A program made the translations under genes and the position numbers. Positions 40,643 to 52,175 of a stretch of 64,000 nucleotides of DNA are shown here, one piece after another (the first letter of the stretch is position 1; each line of letters begins with the position of its first letter). Source of the stretch: a phage; the NCBI GenBank assembly GCA_026188615.1, contig GCA_026188615.1_4525.1; one strand, given 5' to 3'. The notes under the pieces were generated by a model. The model was not told where the DNA came from, made no database searches, and saw only the letters and a program-made list of their open reading frames with translations.

Positions 40643-41549
40643 TAATTACACTTGTTAATTTAGAAAGACCAGATTTTACAAAGTATGAATAAATCTTGCC
40701 TTTAGGTTGTGGTTTATATGAATTATAATACTCTATAATGGTTGAAGCAATATTATCAGGGATATAATTAAAATCAATGAGAACCAAATTTTCTTGATAC
40801 CGTTTATATTCTTCTGCACTTAATAATACTTCAGCTTGAGAACGGTCATTGGCAATTGCTTCAATAATCGATGTTTTCATACTCGGAGTTCGTTCACCAT
40901 CAACTCTGGTAAACCAGAAGTCGCCACGAACTCGAACAGATGCAACACCATCCTTACGGTCACCTTTAAGAATTTTAGTCATGCAATCAATTTCAGCAGA
41001 ACCGTTCTTAATTTTAACCCATTTTTTCTGTGGTGGCGACCACTGTTTAACGTTAGGATATTTGTGTAATTGTGTAAAGTCACCATCTGATGCAACAATA
41101 CATACTTTATGTCCAGCTAATGACAAATATTTAGTTAATACACCGATATGGTCATCCGCTTCATACTTGTCAATATCCATTACAACGTATGGCATGTATT
41201 TCTTAATCTCATCAACAACTTGATGGAGTGCAGTAAAATATCCTTCCCAATCCCACTTTGAAGCTTCACGATCGGTTTTACGATTTTTCTTGTAATAGTA
41301 AGCAAAGTCACGACGCCAATAACCCGAAGTAGCATTATCCATACACAATACAAATTTTGTATAGCCTTGCTTACGGAACATCACTACGTTTTTACGAATT
41401 GAATTCAAGATTACATGACGAACCATCGGAACGGTAATTTTATCGCCGTCTTCAAAGTTGTTTAATGCGGCTGCCAATGCAATGTTACTAAAGTCGGCAA
41501 GTGCAATACCTTCTTTGTAATCTTCATCCAACATCATTTCTAAATCCAT
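40632..41549 (-). CDS. rnh: RNase H (5'-3' exonuclease / flap endonuclease)
   Basis: 305 aa; FEN-family acidic clusters; colinear with T4 RNase H. Confidence 0.9.
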   Translation of the reverse strand: MDLEMMLDEDYKEGIALADFSNIALAAALNNFEDGDKITVPMVRHVILNSIRKNVVMFRKQGYTKFVLCMDNATSGYWRRDFAYYYKKNRKTDREASKWDWEGYFTALHQVVDEIKKYMPYVVMDIDKYEADDHIGVLTKYLSLAGHKVCIVASDGDFTQLHKYPNVKQWSPPQKKWVKIKNGSAEIDCMTKILKGDRKDGVASVRVRGDFWFTRVDGERTPSMKTSIIEAIANDRSQAEVLLSAEEYKRYQENLVLIDFNYIPDNIASTIIEYYNSYKPQPKGKIYSYFVKSGLSKLTSVINEF

Positions 41550-41581
41550 ATGAACCTCTTGTTCAGTTAGTCAACTTGTCT

Positions 41582-41610
41582 ATAGTAACACACTCATTTG
41601 AAAGCGTAAA
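41582..41610 (-). promoter_or_regulatory. Early-promoter-like cassette upstream of rnh
   Basis: Minus strand TTTACG, 17 bp, TACTAT. Confidence 0.4.
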
Positions 41611-41626
41611 TAGTCTTTTACTCATT

Positions 41627-41634
41627 TATAAATA
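41627..41634 (+). promoter_or_regulatory. Late promoter TATAAATA for gene 34
   Basis: Exact motif 35 nt upstream of the ATG. Confidence 0.6.
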
Positions 41635-41668
41635 GTAAAATAGAACACATAATGATAAGAGGACTACC

Positions 41669-44600
41669 ATGGTTGACATCAAACGTAAGTTCAGGGCCGA
41701 AGATGGTCTTGATGCAGGCGGTGATAAGATAGTTAACGTTGCGCTTGCCGACCGCACAGTTGGCACCGATGGCGTGAACGTTGACTTTTTGGTGCAAGAA
41801 AACACCGTACAGAATTATGATGATACGCGCGCGTATACAAAAGATTTTATTGTTCTTTATAATAATCGTTTTTATCAAGCTTTAAGCGATATTCCAGCTC
41901 CGGCAGGCCCTTTCTCTTTGGGTAAATGGAAGGCAACTCGTACAGATGCAGATTGGATTACAGTTCAAGGCGGAGATTTCCAATTATCAGTAGGTAACTC
42001 TATTGCGGTTGATACTTCAGCTGGCACTGATATTAATTTCACTTTGCCTCAAAATCCTTTAGATGGCGATACAGTTATTTTGTCTGATATTGGCGGTAGA
42101 GTAGGCTATGTAAAAGTTCAAATTACTGCAGCGGCTCAAAGTATTGTAAACTTTAGAGGACAACAGGTTCGTTCAGTTTTAATGACGCACCCAAAATCTA
42201 AAATGGTCTTCATTTTTAGCAACCGCCTATGGCAAATGTATATTTCTGATTATGAACGTAATGCAGTCACAGTAACTCCTGCTAAGCCGTATCAGGCGCA
42301 ACCTAACGATTTTATCATTCGTCGTTTTACATCAGCCGCTCCTATTAATATTACATTGCCTCGCAATGCTAATAATGGCGATATTATTAATTTAGTTGAT
42401 TTAGACAAATTAAACCCGTTATATCACACAATTGTCAAAACTTACGATGATACAACTTCTATACGAGAAGCTGGTGTTCATGTAGCAGAAGGACGTAATA
42501 CTGCGGAAGCGTTCTTTGTTTATGATTCTGCTAATAGCTTATGGCGTGTTTGGGAAGGTGACCAGAAATCTCGTTTACGTATAGTTCGTAATGATACTGA
42601 TTTACGCCCTAATGAAGAAGTTCTTGTTTTTGGAACTGATAATAATACAATCTCGACGGTAAATCTTACTTTGCCTACAGATATTTTGTCTGGCGATACT
42701 GTTAAAATATCGTTGAATTATATGCGTAAAGGGCAAACTGTAAAAATTAAAGCTGCTGAAGGCGATACAATTGCTAGCAGTATTTCTTTATTACAGTTCC
42801 CAAAACGTTCGGAGTATCCACCTGATGCACAATGGGTTTCTGTTAGTGAGCTGGAATTTAATGGTGATACTTCGTATGTACCTGTACTTGAGTTAGCTTA
42901 TATAGAAGATTATTCATCTGAAACAAAATATTGGGTAGTTCAACAAAACACCGTAACCGTCGAACGAGTCGATGCATCGAGCAATAACACTCGAGCTCGT
43001 TTAGGTGTTATTGCTCTTGCTTCTCAAGCGCAAGCAAATGTTGATTTAGAAAATGCTCCTGGTAAAGAACTGGCTATTACTCCGGAAACATTAGCAAATC
43101 GTACAGCAACTGAAACTCGTCGTGGTATTGCTCGTATTGCAACAACTGCACAAGTTAACCAGAATACCGATTTTGCATTCCAGGATGATTTGATTATTTC
43201 TCCTAAGAAATTGAATGAACGTACAGCAACTGAAACCCGTAGAGGTGTTGCTGAAGTTGCAACTCAGACTGAAACTAATGCTGGCACAGATGATACCACT
43301 ATTATTACTCCTAAGAAATTGGATGCCCGTCAAGGTTCTGAAGTTTTATCTGGTATTGTAAAATACACATCTACGACTGGTACTACAGCTGCTACTATTC
43401 GTGGTAATGCTGGGACTAACGTTTATAACAAAGCCGTAGATAATTTAACTATTTCTCCAAAGGCTCTTGACCAGTATAAAGCTACCCCTACTCAACAGGG
43501 CTCAGTAATTCTTGCTATTGAAAGCGAAGTTATCGCTGGCGAATCACAAGCTGGTTGGGCTAATGCTGTAGTGACCCCTGAAACTCTGCATAAGAAAACT
43601 TCTACTGATGGACGTATTGGTTTAATTGAAATTGCTACGCAAGCAGAAACTAACACTGGAACTGATTATACTAGAGCAGTAACGCCTAAGACGTTAAATG
43701 ATAGGAAAGCTACGGAAGGATTATCTGGCATAGCCGAACTTGCTACGCAAGTTGAATTTGATACTGGAACTGATGATACTCGTATCTCGACTCCACTGAA
43801 AATTAAAACTCATTTTGATTCTTCTGACCGTACCAGTGTTAATTCTGATTCCGGACTTATTGAAGAAGGAACCTTGTGGAACCATTATACTCTTGATATT
43901 TCTAAAGCAAATGAAACACAACGCGGTACACTTCGCGTAGCGACCCAGGCAGAATCTAATGCAGGAACTTTAGATGATGTTCTTATTACTCCTAAAAAGC
44001 TTTTAGGGACTAAGTCCACTGAAACATCTGAAGGTGTAATTAAGGTTGCTACTCAGGCTGAAACTGTAACAGGAACTTCTGCTAATACTGCTGTATCACC
44101 TAAGAATTTAAAATGGATTGTTCAATCAGAACCATCATGGACTGCTACTACGGCAATTCGTGGATTCGTTAAAACTTCATCTGGTTCTATTACATTTGTC
44201 GGTGACGATACTCAAGGTAATACCCAGGATTTGAATCTTTATGAGAAAAATAGTTATGCTATTTCTCCATATGAATTAAACCGTGTACTTGCTAACTACT
44301 TACCGTTGAAAGCTAAAGCAGCTGATAGTAATTTGTTAGATGGTCTAGATTCTCTTCAGTTCATCCGTAGAGACATCGACCAGACGGTTAATGGTTCTTT
44401 AAGTCTTACTAAACAGACCAACCTGAGTGCTCCTTTAGTATCTACAAGCACTGCTTCTTTTGGTTCCGAAGCATCTGTTACTCGTAGATTAACTCTTAAT
44501 GACTCTAGCGGTTCCGAAATAATTTTCACTAAAGGAACCCAATCTCTTAGTAATAAAGAGAATTTCGTTGTTAGAGCATGGGGTAATAGCGCTACAGATG

Positions 44601-45502
44601 GTGCCCGTGATACAGTATTTGAAGCGGGTGACGAAACCGGATACCATTTCTATTCTCAGCGCGCTGCTGATAATAAAGTATCATTTAATATTAATGGAAC
44701 ACTTTATTCAACAGGTATTGTTTCTACAAATGGATTAAATGTTACGGGTGTTTCTACCTTTACCGGGCCTATTAGTGCTACAGGCGAAATTGTTTCTAGT
44801 TCTCCTATTGCATTCAGAGCTATTAACGGTAACTATGGTGTTATGCTTTATAATGCTGGTAACAGTTCTTATATTGCATTAACTAACTCAGGTGACCAGA
44901 CCGGGACGTTTAATAACTTACGCCCGATCACGATTAACAACGCCACAGGCTTAGTTCGTCTTGACAATGGTGTTCAAATCACAAGTGGTGCAACAATAAC
45001 TACCGGCGGGTTAACTGTAAATAACAGAATTATTTCTAACGGCGTTAAAACTGCCACGGTTTATACCGATAAACCAACAGCTTCTACTGTAGGTTTTTGG
45101 TCTATTGACATTAACGATTCTGCTGTATATAGCCAATTCCCTGGATACTGGACGCGTGATAACAAAGGTAACCGTGACCAAGAAATTAAATATCCTGGTA
45201 CTTTGACTCAATTCGGCAATAGCTTAGATTCGCTTTATCAGGATTGGATTTGTTATCCTACGGGTGCAAATGGTGGTAGTATTCGTTATACTCGTACCTG
45301 GCAGAAAAATAAAGATGCTTGGACTTCATTTGCAATGGTATTTGATAGTGGCAACCCACCTTCACCTAGCGATGTCGGTGCTATCCCATCTGATAATGCT
45401 GTTATTGGAAACCTTACTGTTCGAGACTTCTTACAATTAGGAAATGTGAGAATTGTTCCAGACCCGGTTAACAAAACAGTTAAATTTATATGGGTTGAAT
45501 AA
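41669..45502 (+). CDS. 34: gp34 long tail fibre proximal subunit
   Basis: 1277 aa; repeated beta-structure modules (TPKKL., TATETRRG., ATQ.E.N.GT); conserved N- and C-termini as T4 gp34. Confidence 0.9.
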   Translation: MVDIKRKFRAEDGLDAGGDKIVNVALADRTVGTDGVNVDFLVQENTVQNYDDTRAYTKDFIVLYNNRFYQALSDIPAPAGPFSLGKWKATRTDADWITVQGGDFQLSVGNSIAVDTSAGTDINFTLPQNPLDGDTVILSDIGGRVGYVKVQITAAAQSIVNFRGQQVRSVLMTHPKSKMVFIFSNRLWQMYISDYERNAVTVTPAKPYQAQPNDFIIRRFTSAAPINITLPRNANNGDIINLVDLDKLNPLYHTIVKTYDDTTSIREAGVHVAEGRNTAEAFFVYDSANSLWRVWEGDQKSRLRIVRNDTDLRPNEEVLVFGTDNNTISTVNLTLPTDILSGDTVKISLNYMRKGQTVKIKAAEGDTIASSISLLQFPKRSEYPPDAQWVSVSELEFNGDTSYVPVLELAYIEDYSSETKYWVVQQNTVTVERVDASSNNTRARLGVIALASQAQANVDLENAPGKELAITPETLANRTATETRRGIARIATTAQVNQNTDFAFQDDLIISPKKLNERTATETRRGVAEVATQTETNAGTDDTTIITPKKLDARQGSEVLSGIVKYTSTTGTTAATIRGNAGTNVYNKAVDNLTISPKALDQYKATPTQQGSVILAIESEVIAGESQAGWANAVVTPETLHKKTSTDGRIGLIEIATQAETNTGTDYTRAVTPKTLNDRKATEGLSGIAELATQVEFDTGTDDTRISTPLKIKTHFDSSDRTSVNSDSGLIEEGTLWNHYTLDISKANETQRGTLRVATQAESNAGTLDDVLITPKKLLGTKSTETSEGVIKVATQAETVTGTSANTAVSPKNLKWIVQSEPSWTATTAIRGFVKTSSGSITFVGDDTQGNTQDLNLYEKNSYAISPYELNRVLANYLPLKAKAADSNLLDGLDSLQFIRRDIDQTVNGSLSLTKQTNLSAPLVSTSTASFGSEASVTRRLTLNDSSGSEIIFTKGTQSLSNKENFVVRAWGNSATDGARDTVFEAGDETGYHFYSQRAADNKVSFNINGTLYSTGIVSTNGLNVTGVSTFTGPISATGEIVSSSPIAFRAINGNYGVMLYNAGNSSYIALTNSGDQTGTFNNLRPITINNATGLVRLDNGVQITSGATITTGGLTVNNRIISNGVKTATVYTDKPTASTVGFWSIDINDSAVYSQFPGYWTRDNKGNRDQEIKYPGTLTQFGNSLDSLYQDWICYPTGANGGSIRYTRTWQKNKDAWTSFAMVFDSGNPPSPSDVGAIPSDNAVIGNLTVRDFLQLGNVRIVPDPVNKTVKFIWVE

Positions 45503-45510
45503 GAGGTTAT

Positions 45511-46635
45511 ATGGAAAAATTTATGGCAAGGTTTGGACAGGGATACGTCCAAACGCCGTTTTTATCGGAAAGCAATTCAGTTAGATTTAAGCTAAGTATA
45601 GCGGGTTCATGCCCGCTTTCAACAACTAATCCGTATATTTTGTTCCAAAACGAGCCTTTAGGGTTGCAGTCTTTTGGTATTGGACTAAATGTTAGGGTGA
45701 TAAATCCGGAAAATGGAACTATAGTTGATAGTAAATTATACAATTTTGCGCCTACAAATAATGCAACTTCAGCTGCATTTATTTCGTTTGTTAATACATA
45801 CGCAGATAATTTCATTTTCGCATTTATTTCTAATAACAAATTTAATTTGCCACCGGAAATAATTGAATGGTTTAAAGCTGCTGGGAGTTCAGTTATACCG
45901 TCAATTGAAGTTGCTAGTCTTGTTGATATTTCATATTCAGCGTTTTATGTTTCAGGTAAAAATACTATTGCATTAGAACACATAAAATACAGTAATAAGA
46001 AAACAATTTCTGATTACGCAACTCCATTAGATATTGTATATGACTCTATTGCTGATATAGGTGCTACCGGCTATCCTAGACGTACATATGAAGCTCTAGA
46101 AACGTTTTTATCTCCTGTTGGAGGAACTAACAATGAAATAAAAAGGATGCCTACGTCATCCCTTGTTACTCCTATCGCAAACTATGGATTAAAGCCTACA
46201 GATTTTCTTTATTTGAAATTTCAATTAATGGCTGATGAAGAATTATTAGAGGAAGGAACCACAAGACTTTCAATTCGTTTCTTTAAGTCTCCATCTAGCT
46301 CTCCTATATCATCTAAAGATATAAACTTTGATGGAACTGCCCGGGAGTGGAAGCTATATGAAGAATACGTTGAAATACCGGCTGAAGCTGATGGCTTTAC
46401 AGTATATTGTTACCGTACAGCCTCAGTCGGTCAAGGTGGACTAAGAAATGTTATTTTCACTGAAGTATCATGTAACGGAAGTATAGCAAAACCCGCCGAG
46501 TTTGGTATAAACGGTATTCGTGTTAATTACATTGATGAATCATTAACCGGTAATGATATAATGGACTTGCCTACTCAGTTATCTAACGACACAGGTAAGG
46601 TATTTGGGCAGGAATTTAAAGAGTACACAGAATAA
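45511..46635 (+). CDS. 35: gp35 long tail fibre hinge
   Basis: 374 aa; position and size. Confidence 0.75.
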   Translation: MEKFMARFGQGYVQTPFLSESNSVRFKLSIAGSCPLSTTNPYILFQNEPLGLQSFGIGLNVRVINPENGTIVDSKLYNFAPTNNATSAAFISFVNTYADNFIFAFISNNKFNLPPEIIEWFKAAGSSVIPSIEVASLVDISYSAFYVSGKNTIALEHIKYSNKKTISDYATPLDIVYDSIADIGATGYPRRTYEALETFLSPVGGTNNEIKRMPTSSLVTPIANYGLKPTDFLYLKFQLMADEELLEEGTTRLSIRFFKSPSSSPISSKDINFDGTAREWKLYEEYVEIPAEADGFTVYCYRTASVGQGGLRNVIFTEVSCNGSIAKPAEFGINGIRVNYIDESLTGNDIMDLPTQLSNDTGKVFGQEFKEYTE

Positions 46636-46636
46636 A

Positions 46637-46656
46637 GGAGACTTCGGTCTCCTTTT
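46637..46656 (+). terminator. Intrinsic terminator ggagac-UUCG-gtctcc plus TTTT after gene 35
   Basis: Seen directly. Confidence 0.6.
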
Positions 46657-46660
46657 CGCG

Positions 46661-46668
46661 TATAAATA
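46661..46668 (+). promoter_or_regulatory. Late promoter TATAAATA for genes 36-37-38
   Basis: Exact motif 26 nt upstream of the gene 36 ATG. Confidence 0.6.
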
Positions 46669-46694
46669 CTTTAATATTAATAAGGAGACACGAA

Positions 46695-47351
46695 ATGGCC
46701 GATTTAAAAGCCGGAAGTACAGTTGGTGGTTCCGTCATATGGCATCAAGGCAATTTTCCTTTAATGCCAGCTGGCGATGACATCCTATATAAAACATTTA
46801 AATTATACACCGAATATAACAAGCCAAAAGCGGCTGATAACGATTTCGTATCTAAAGCAAATGGTGGGACATATCTCAAAAAGGTAATCTTTAACGAAGG
46901 TGTTGCAGTCAAAACAGCAGATGACCAAACGAATGGCATTTTTTCTGGTGGTGGTGACGCCGCGACATTCGACCAAACAAACATGGATATTGTTTCGTGG
47001 TATGGTATTGGGTTTAAATCATCTCAAGGTACAGGTGAAAGAACTGTTGTAATTGATACTCGCACCGGTAATATAAGTTCTAAAGGCGTTATTGAAGCAT
47101 CTCAATTCAGAGCCACAACGTTAGCACCTTTAAATAATTACGACCTTACTCGCAAAGATTATGTTGATAGTCAAATAAATACAGTTAATGCTAATGCAAA
47201 CAGTCGTGTACTCCGTTCAGGAGATACGATGACCGGCGCGCTAACCGCCCCAAACTTTTTCTCACAGAATCCTGCATCTCAACCCTCGCATGTTCCACGA
47301 TTTGACCAAATTGTTATTAAGGATTCTGTTCAAGATTTCGGCTATTATTAA
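46695..47351 (+). CDS. 36: gp36 long tail fibre proximal-distal connector
   Basis: 218 aa; position and size. Confidence 0.75.
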   Translation: MADLKAGSTVGGSVIWHQGNFPLMPAGDDILYKTFKLYTEYNKPKAADNDFVSKANGGTYLKKVIFNEGVAVKTADDQTNGIFSGGGDAATFDQTNMDIVSWYGIGFKSSQGTGERTVVIDTRTGNISSKGVIEASQFRATTLAPLNNYDLTRKDYVDSQINTVNANANSRVLRSGDTMTGALTAPNFFSQNPASQPSHVPRFDQIVIKDSVQDFGYY

Positions 47352-47359
47352 GAGGACTT

Positions 47360-50300
47360 ATGGCTACTTTAAAACAAATACAATTTAAAAGAAGCAAAAC
47401 TGCAGGAGCACGTCCTGCCGCTTCAGTATTAGCCGAAGGTGAATTGGCTATAAACTTAAAAGACCGTGTACTTTTTACTAAAGATGACCAAGGAAATATT
47501 ATTGATCTGGGTTTTGCTAAAGGTGGTAGTATTGACGGGAATGTTATTCATACTGGCAATTATAACCAAACTGGCGATTATACTTTAAATGGCACCTTCA
47601 CTCAGACAGGTGATTTTAATTTAACCGGTATTGCTCGAGTAACTCGTGATATTATTGCCGCTGGGCAGATTACGACTGAAGGCGGAGAACTTATTACAAA
47701 AAGTTCAGGTACAGCACATGTTCGTTTTCATGATTCGGCTGATCGTGAACGTGGCATTATTTATTCACCGGCTAATGATGGATTAACTACGCAAGTAGTT
47801 AATATCCGCGTTAAAGACTACGCCGCTGGTGATGAAAGCACCTATGCATTTTCGGGCAGTGGACTATTTACTTCACCTGAAGTATCAGCATGGAAATCTA
47901 TGTCAACTCCTCAGATTTTGACAAATAGAGTTATTACTAATAATAAATCTACGAGTGATTATGACATTTATTCTATGGCAGACAACGTTCCATTGTCTGA
48001 AAGCACTACTGCTATTAATCATCTCCGTGTTATGCGCAATGCTGTAGGCGCTGGTGTATTCCATGAAGTTAAAGATAATGATGGAATAACTTGGTATACT
48101 GGAGATGGCTTAGACACTTATCTTTGGTCGTTTACCTGGTCCGGTGGATTGAAAGCTGGTCATTCTATTTCTGTTGGTACTCCTGGTGGCAATAAAGGAT
48201 ACTCTGAATTAGGGACTGCTTCAATTTCTCTTGGCGATAATTATACCGGGCTAAAATGGCATCAGGATGGATATTTTTTTACGGTAAACAACGGTACAAA
48301 AACTTTCCTTTCTGGTCCGGCGGAAACCACTAGCCTTAGAAAAATGGTTATGGGTTATTCTGTAAATGGTACTGATTTGACTACTCCTCCAACTGAAAAC
48401 TATGCTCTTGCTACTGTTGTGACATATCACGATAATAACGCGTTTGGAGATGGTCAGACTCTTTTGGGATATTATCAAGGCGGTAATTATCATCACTATT
48501 TCCGTGGTAAGGGTACCACAAACATTAATACTCATGGTGGTTTGTTGGTTACTCCAGGTAATATTGATGTTATTGGCGGTTCTGTTAATATAGATGGTAG
48601 AAATAATTCTTCTACACTAATGTTTAGAGGCAACACAACAGGATACAGCTCGGTTGATAATATGGATATTAAAGTTTGGGGTAATACGTTTGTTGATCCA
48701 AGCGGAGGTATCCGTAAAAACATTATGGAAATTTCTGATGCAACTAGCTGGATGAGCTATATTCAAAGACTTACTACTGGCGAAGTAGAAATGAACGTTA
48801 ATGGTTCATTTGAATCATCTGGTGTTACTGCTGGAGATAGAGGAGTTCACACAACAGGTGAAATTTCATCCGGAGCAGTGAATGCTCTTCGTATTTGGAA
48901 CGCAGATTATGGAGCCATTTTTAGACGTTCAGAAGGAAGTCTTCATATTATTCCAACTGCTTATGGCGAAGGCAAAGATGGCGATATCGGTCCACTTCGC
49001 CCGTTTAGTATGGCTTTAGATACCGGTAAAGTTACTATTCCAGATTTACAATCGAGCTACAATACGTTCGCTGCTAACGGTTATATTAAATTTGTTGGTC
49101 ATGGCGCTGCCGCAGGTGGATATGATATTCAATATGCCCAAGCGGCTCCTATTTTCCAGGAAATTGATGATGATGCTGTAAGCAAATATTATCCTATTGT
49201 TAAACAGAAGTTTTTAAATGGTAAAGCCGTTTGGTCTTTAGGTACTGAAATTAATTCGGGTACATTTGTTTTACACCATATCAAAGAAGATGGATCACAA
49301 GGACATACATCTCGTTTTAATCAAGACGGCACAGTTAATTTCCCTGATAATGTTCAGGTTGGTGGTGGTGAAGCTACTATTGCTCGCAACGGTAACATCT
49401 GGTCTGATATCTGGAAAACGTTTACTTCAGCAGGAGACACCACAAATATTCGCGATGCAATAGCTACCCGTGTTTCTAAAGAAGGCGACACGATGACCGG
49501 CCGCTTAACCCTTAAAACCAACTCAGATGCTGTTGTTATCGATTATCCGGCAGATGAAGCGGGTTATGTTAAGGGTAAAAAAGGTGGTGTTGATAACTGG
49601 TATGTAGGTAATGGTGGTGCTGATAACGGTTTAGCTTTCTGGAGCTTCCAATCCCAAGGTGGTATTAATATCAACCCGAACGGTGAAGTTATTCTGGCGC
49701 CGCAAGGTGTTGCAATAGTCAATATAAACCGCGACCGTATTCATATGAATGGTTCCAACTGGATTGCACATAAATCTGGCGCATGGGGCGACCAATGGGG
49801 CTTAGAAGCACCTTATTTCCTTGATTTTGGTAGCGTTGGCGAAGACAGTTATTATCCTATCATTAAAGGCAGATCTGTAATTAGTGGTCAAGGATATACT
49901 ACTTCTGTTGACCTTGGTATTAGACGTACACCTCAAGCATGGGGACAAGCGATAATTCGAGTTGGTAATGCCGGAGGCGCTGACGGTCCTGTGGGTATTT
50001 TTGAATTCCATTCGTCTGGACTATTCTATAGCCCTAATATGGTTCAAACTCCGGCAATTGGTGTTGGTACTGCTAATGGACTTGGTGCTCCAAGTATTGC
50101 AATCGGTGATAATGACACGGGCTTATCACATGGTGGTGATGGTCGAATTAACATGGTTGCCAATGGTATACATATTGCAAACTGGGGAGCAGGCTATCAA
50201 TCTCATCCTGGGCTTTGGGATTCAACTGGTGCTTTTTGGACAGAAACCGGAAGAGCTATCGTTTCTCATGGCCATTTAGTTCAGGCGAATGACAGCTATT

Positions 50301-50665
50301 CAACGTTTGTCCGTGATGTTTATGTCCGCTCTGATATTCGTGTTAAAAAGAACCTCGTTAAATTTGAAAATGCTTCTCAGAAGCTTTCTAAAATTAACGG
50401 TTACACTTATATGCAGAAACGTGGAACAGATGAAGAAGGTAATCAGAAATGGGAACCTAACGCTGGTTTGATAGCTCAAGAAGTTCAAGCTATTTTACCA
50501 GAATTAGTTGAAGGCGACCCGGATGGTGAATCTTTACTTCGTTTAAACTATAACGGTGTAATTGGTTTAAATACAGCTGCAATCAATGAGCATACCGCAG
50601 AAATTGCAGAACTTAAGTCAGAGATTGAAGAGCTTAAAAAATTAGTTAAATCATTGTTAAAATAA
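47360..50665 (+). CDS. 37: gp37 long tail fibre distal subunit with C-terminal intramolecular chaperone (S74-like) domain
   Basis: 1101 aa; N-terminal [13 protein letters not shown]; His-rich central segment; last approx. 115 aa contain SDIRVKKN ... [15 protein letters not shown] ... coiled coil. Confidence 0.85.
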   Translation: MATLKQIQFKRSKTAGARPAASVLAEGELAINLKDRVLFTKDDQGNIIDLGFAKGGSIDGNVIHTGNYNQTGDYTLNGTFTQTGDFNLTGIARVTRDIIAAGQITTEGGELITKSSGTAHVRFHDSADRERGIIYSPANDGLTTQVVNIRVKDYAAGDESTYAFSGSGLFTSPEVSAWKSMSTPQILTNRVITNNKSTSDYDIYSMADNVPLSESTTAINHLRVMRNAVGAGVFHEVKDNDGITWYTGDGLDTYLWSFTWSGGLKAGHSISVGTPGGNKGYSELGTASISLGDNYTGLKWHQDGYFFTVNNGTKTFLSGPAETTSLRKMVMGYSVNGTDLTTPPTENYALATVVTYHDNNAFGDGQTLLGYYQGGNYHHYFRGKGTTNINTHGGLLVTPGNIDVIGGSVNIDGRNNSSTLMFRGNTTGYSSVDNMDIKVWGNTFVDPSGGIRKNIMEISDATSWMSYIQRLTTGEVEMNVNGSFESSGVTAGDRGVHTTGEISSGAVNALRIWNADYGAIFRRSEGSLHIIPTAYGEGKDGDIGPLRPFSMALDTGKVTIPDLQSSYNTFAANGYIKFVGHGAAAGGYDIQYAQAAPIFQEIDDDAVSKYYPIVKQKFLNGKAVWSLGTEINSGTFVLHHIKEDGSQGHTSRFNQDGTVNFPDNVQVGGGEATIARNGNIWSDIWKTFTSAGDTTNIRDAIATRVSKEGDTMTGRLTLKTNSDAVVIDYPADEAGYVKGKKGGVDNWYVGNGGADNGLAFWSFQSQGGININPNGEVILAPQGVAIVNINRDRIHMNGSNWIAHKSGAWGDQWGLEAPYFLDFGSVGEDSYYPIIKGRSVISGQGYTTSVDLGIRRTPQAWGQAIIRVGNAGGADGPVGIFEFHSSGLFYSPNMVQTPAIGVGTANGLGAPSIAIGDNDTGLSHGGDGRINMVANGIHIANWGAGYQSHPGLWDSTGAFWTETGRAIVSHGHLVQANDSYSTFVRDVYVRSDIRVKKNLVKFENASQKLSKINGYTYMQKRGTDEEGNQKWEPNAGLIAQEVQAILPELVEGDPDGESLLRLNYNGVIGLNTAAINEHTAEIAELKSEIEELKKLVKSLLK

Positions 50666-50670
50666 TAAGA

Positions 50671-50690
50671 GGGGCTTCGGCCTCTTGGAG
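50671..50690 (+). other. Stem-loop with UUCG tetraloop between genes 37 and 38 that includes the gp38 Shine-Dalgarno sequence
   Basis: gaggggc-UUCG-gcctctt, then ggagg. Confidence 0.3.
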
Positions 50691-50696
50691 GTTTAT

Positions 50697-51470
50697 ATGG
50701 CAGTTGAAGGACCGTGGGTAGGATGGTCTGCAAGGGTACAGACTGGAGATCCTTGGATGGGTGGTGCCGCACAGAGATTGAGAATGGGAATTCCGTTTTG
50801 GATGAGTAATATGATAGGACGATCTGTTGAAGTAATTCACACACTTGGAGCAGACCATAACTTCAATGGTCAATGGTTCCGAGATAGATGTTTTGAAGCC
50901 GGCGGTGCTCCTATAGTGTTTAATATCACAGGCAACTTAGTATCATATAGTAAAGATGTTCCATTATTCTTTATGTATGGCGATACGCCAAACGAATATG
51001 TTACTTTGAATATTCATGGTGGAGTTCATATGTGGGGACGAGGTGGTAACGGTACTGTAAACGGAAACCCAGGCACAAATGGCGGCGATGTAATCCAAAA
51101 TGATATCGGCGGAAGACTTCGTATTTGGAACTATGGCGTTATTGCATCAGGCGGTGGTGGTGGTGGTGCAGTGTCATTACAGAATAGCTGGGCGCCAAAT
51201 GCTACAGCAGGTGGCGGTGGTGGTAGACCATTTGGCCTCGGCGGCGGTGGCGTTAATTGGCCGGGTGGTAATGCTAGTTATGACGCCCCGGGCGGTGCCG
51301 GTTACACTTCCCAATTCGGCGGAGGCAATGGTGGTGATGCTGGAGGTCGGGGCGGAGATGGATGGGGTAATCACTTATCTAGATCTGGCGGTGGTGCTCC
51401 TGGCAGAGCAGTATTCGGAAGTTCACCGTCATGGGGTGCTACAGGCACAATCTACGGCTCCTGGATTTAA
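50697..51470 (+). CDS. 38: gp38 receptor-recognising adhesin (T2-type) with glycine-rich islands
   Basis: Start placed at MAVEGPW (SD GGAGG upstream); poly-Gly runs (GGGGGG, GGGGG) separating variable segments. Confidence 0.8.
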   Translation: MAVEGPWVGWSARVQTGDPWMGGAAQRLRMGIPFWMSNMIGRSVEVIHTLGADHNFNGQWFRDRCFEAGGAPIVFNITGNLVSYSKDVPLFFMYGDTPNEYVTLNIHGGVHMWGRGGNGTVNGNPGTNGGDVIQNDIGGRLRIWNYGVIASGGGGGGAVSLQNSWAPNATAGGGGGRPFGLGGGGVNWPGGNASYDAPGGAGYTSQFGGGNGGDAGGRGGDGWGNHLSRSGGGAPGRAVFGSSPSWGATGTIYGSWI

Positions 51471-51488
51471 ACGATAATACCTCTCAAT

Positions 51489-51496
51489 TATAAATA
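51489..51496 (+). promoter_or_regulatory. Late promoter TATAAATA for holin t
   Basis: Exact motif 20 nt upstream of the ATG. Confidence 0.55.
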
Positions 51497-51515
51497 TTGA
51501 TAAATGGGAGGTAAT

Positions 51516-52175
51516 ATGGCAGCACCAAAAGTATCATTTTCGCCTAGTGATATTTTATTTGGGTTGCTAGACCGCATTTTCAAAGATAACGCCTCTGGAA
51601 ATATTCTTATTTCCAGAGTTGCTGTTGTAGTTCTTTTGTTCCTAATGGCACTAATATGGTACAAAGGGAATATTTTTATGGATTATTACGTGAGGTCGAA
51701 ATATGATACTTACACAGAAGTAATTCAAAAAGAAAGAAATACACGATTTGAATCTGCGGCTTTAGAACAACTACAAATAGTCCACGTCACATCAAGGGCG
51801 GATTTTAGTTCGGTGTATTCTTTCAGACCTAAAAATCTAAATTATTTCGTCGACCTTATTGCGTATGAAGGTAAGTTACCTAGCACAGTAACTGAAAAAT
51901 CTATGGGAGGATTTCCTGTCGATAAAACGACAGCAGAATATTCGGTCCATTTAAGTGGACTTCACTTTACTTCTAAAACAGATTTTGCTTTCTTACCTAC
52001 CAAATCAAAAACTCCGGAACTGGCATATATGTATAGTTGTCCTTACTTCAATTTGGATAACATATATGCTGGAACTGTTTCTATGTATTGGTATAAGGGG
52101 TCAGATGTGTTAAATGAAGAACGCTTGGCCGCAATATGCAACCAAGCTGCAAGGATATTAGGGCGGGCTAAATAA
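51516..52175 (+). CDS. t: Holin T (lysis-inhibition-competent holin)
   Basis: Start at MAAPKVSFSP; single N-terminal transmembrane segment and large periplasmic domain; colinear with T4 T. Confidence 0.85.
   Translation: MAAPKVSFSPSDILFGLLDRIFKDNASGNILISRVAVVVLLFLMALIWYKGNIFMDYYVRSKYDTYTEVIQKERNTRFESAALEQLQIVHVTSRADFSSVYSFRPKNLNYFVDLIAYEGKLPSTVTEKSMGGFPVDKTTAEYSVHLSGLHFTSKTDFAFLPTKSKTPELAYMYSCPYFNLDNIYAGTVSMYWYKGSDVLNEERLAAICNQAARILGRAK

Noticed and set aside
43091-43333. 80-aa minus-strand ORF (and other short antisense ORFs inside genes 34 and 37)
   Set aside because: Antisense to the long tail fibre genes; Cys/Ser/Asn-rich translations typical of reverse-strand reading of repetitive coding sequence.
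51140-51370. Possible CRISPR-like or tandem repeat array from repeated ggtggcggtggt units
   Set aside because: Repeats are short codon-level poly-Gly tracts inside a coding sequence, with no spacer-repeat periodicity; not a CRISPR array.
51100-51477. 125-aa plus-strand ORF and 65-aa minus-strand ORF overlapping gp38
   Set aside because: Alternative-frame artefacts of the glycine-codon repeats (ggtggtggt...) in gp38; the gp38 frame gives the known adhesin architecture.
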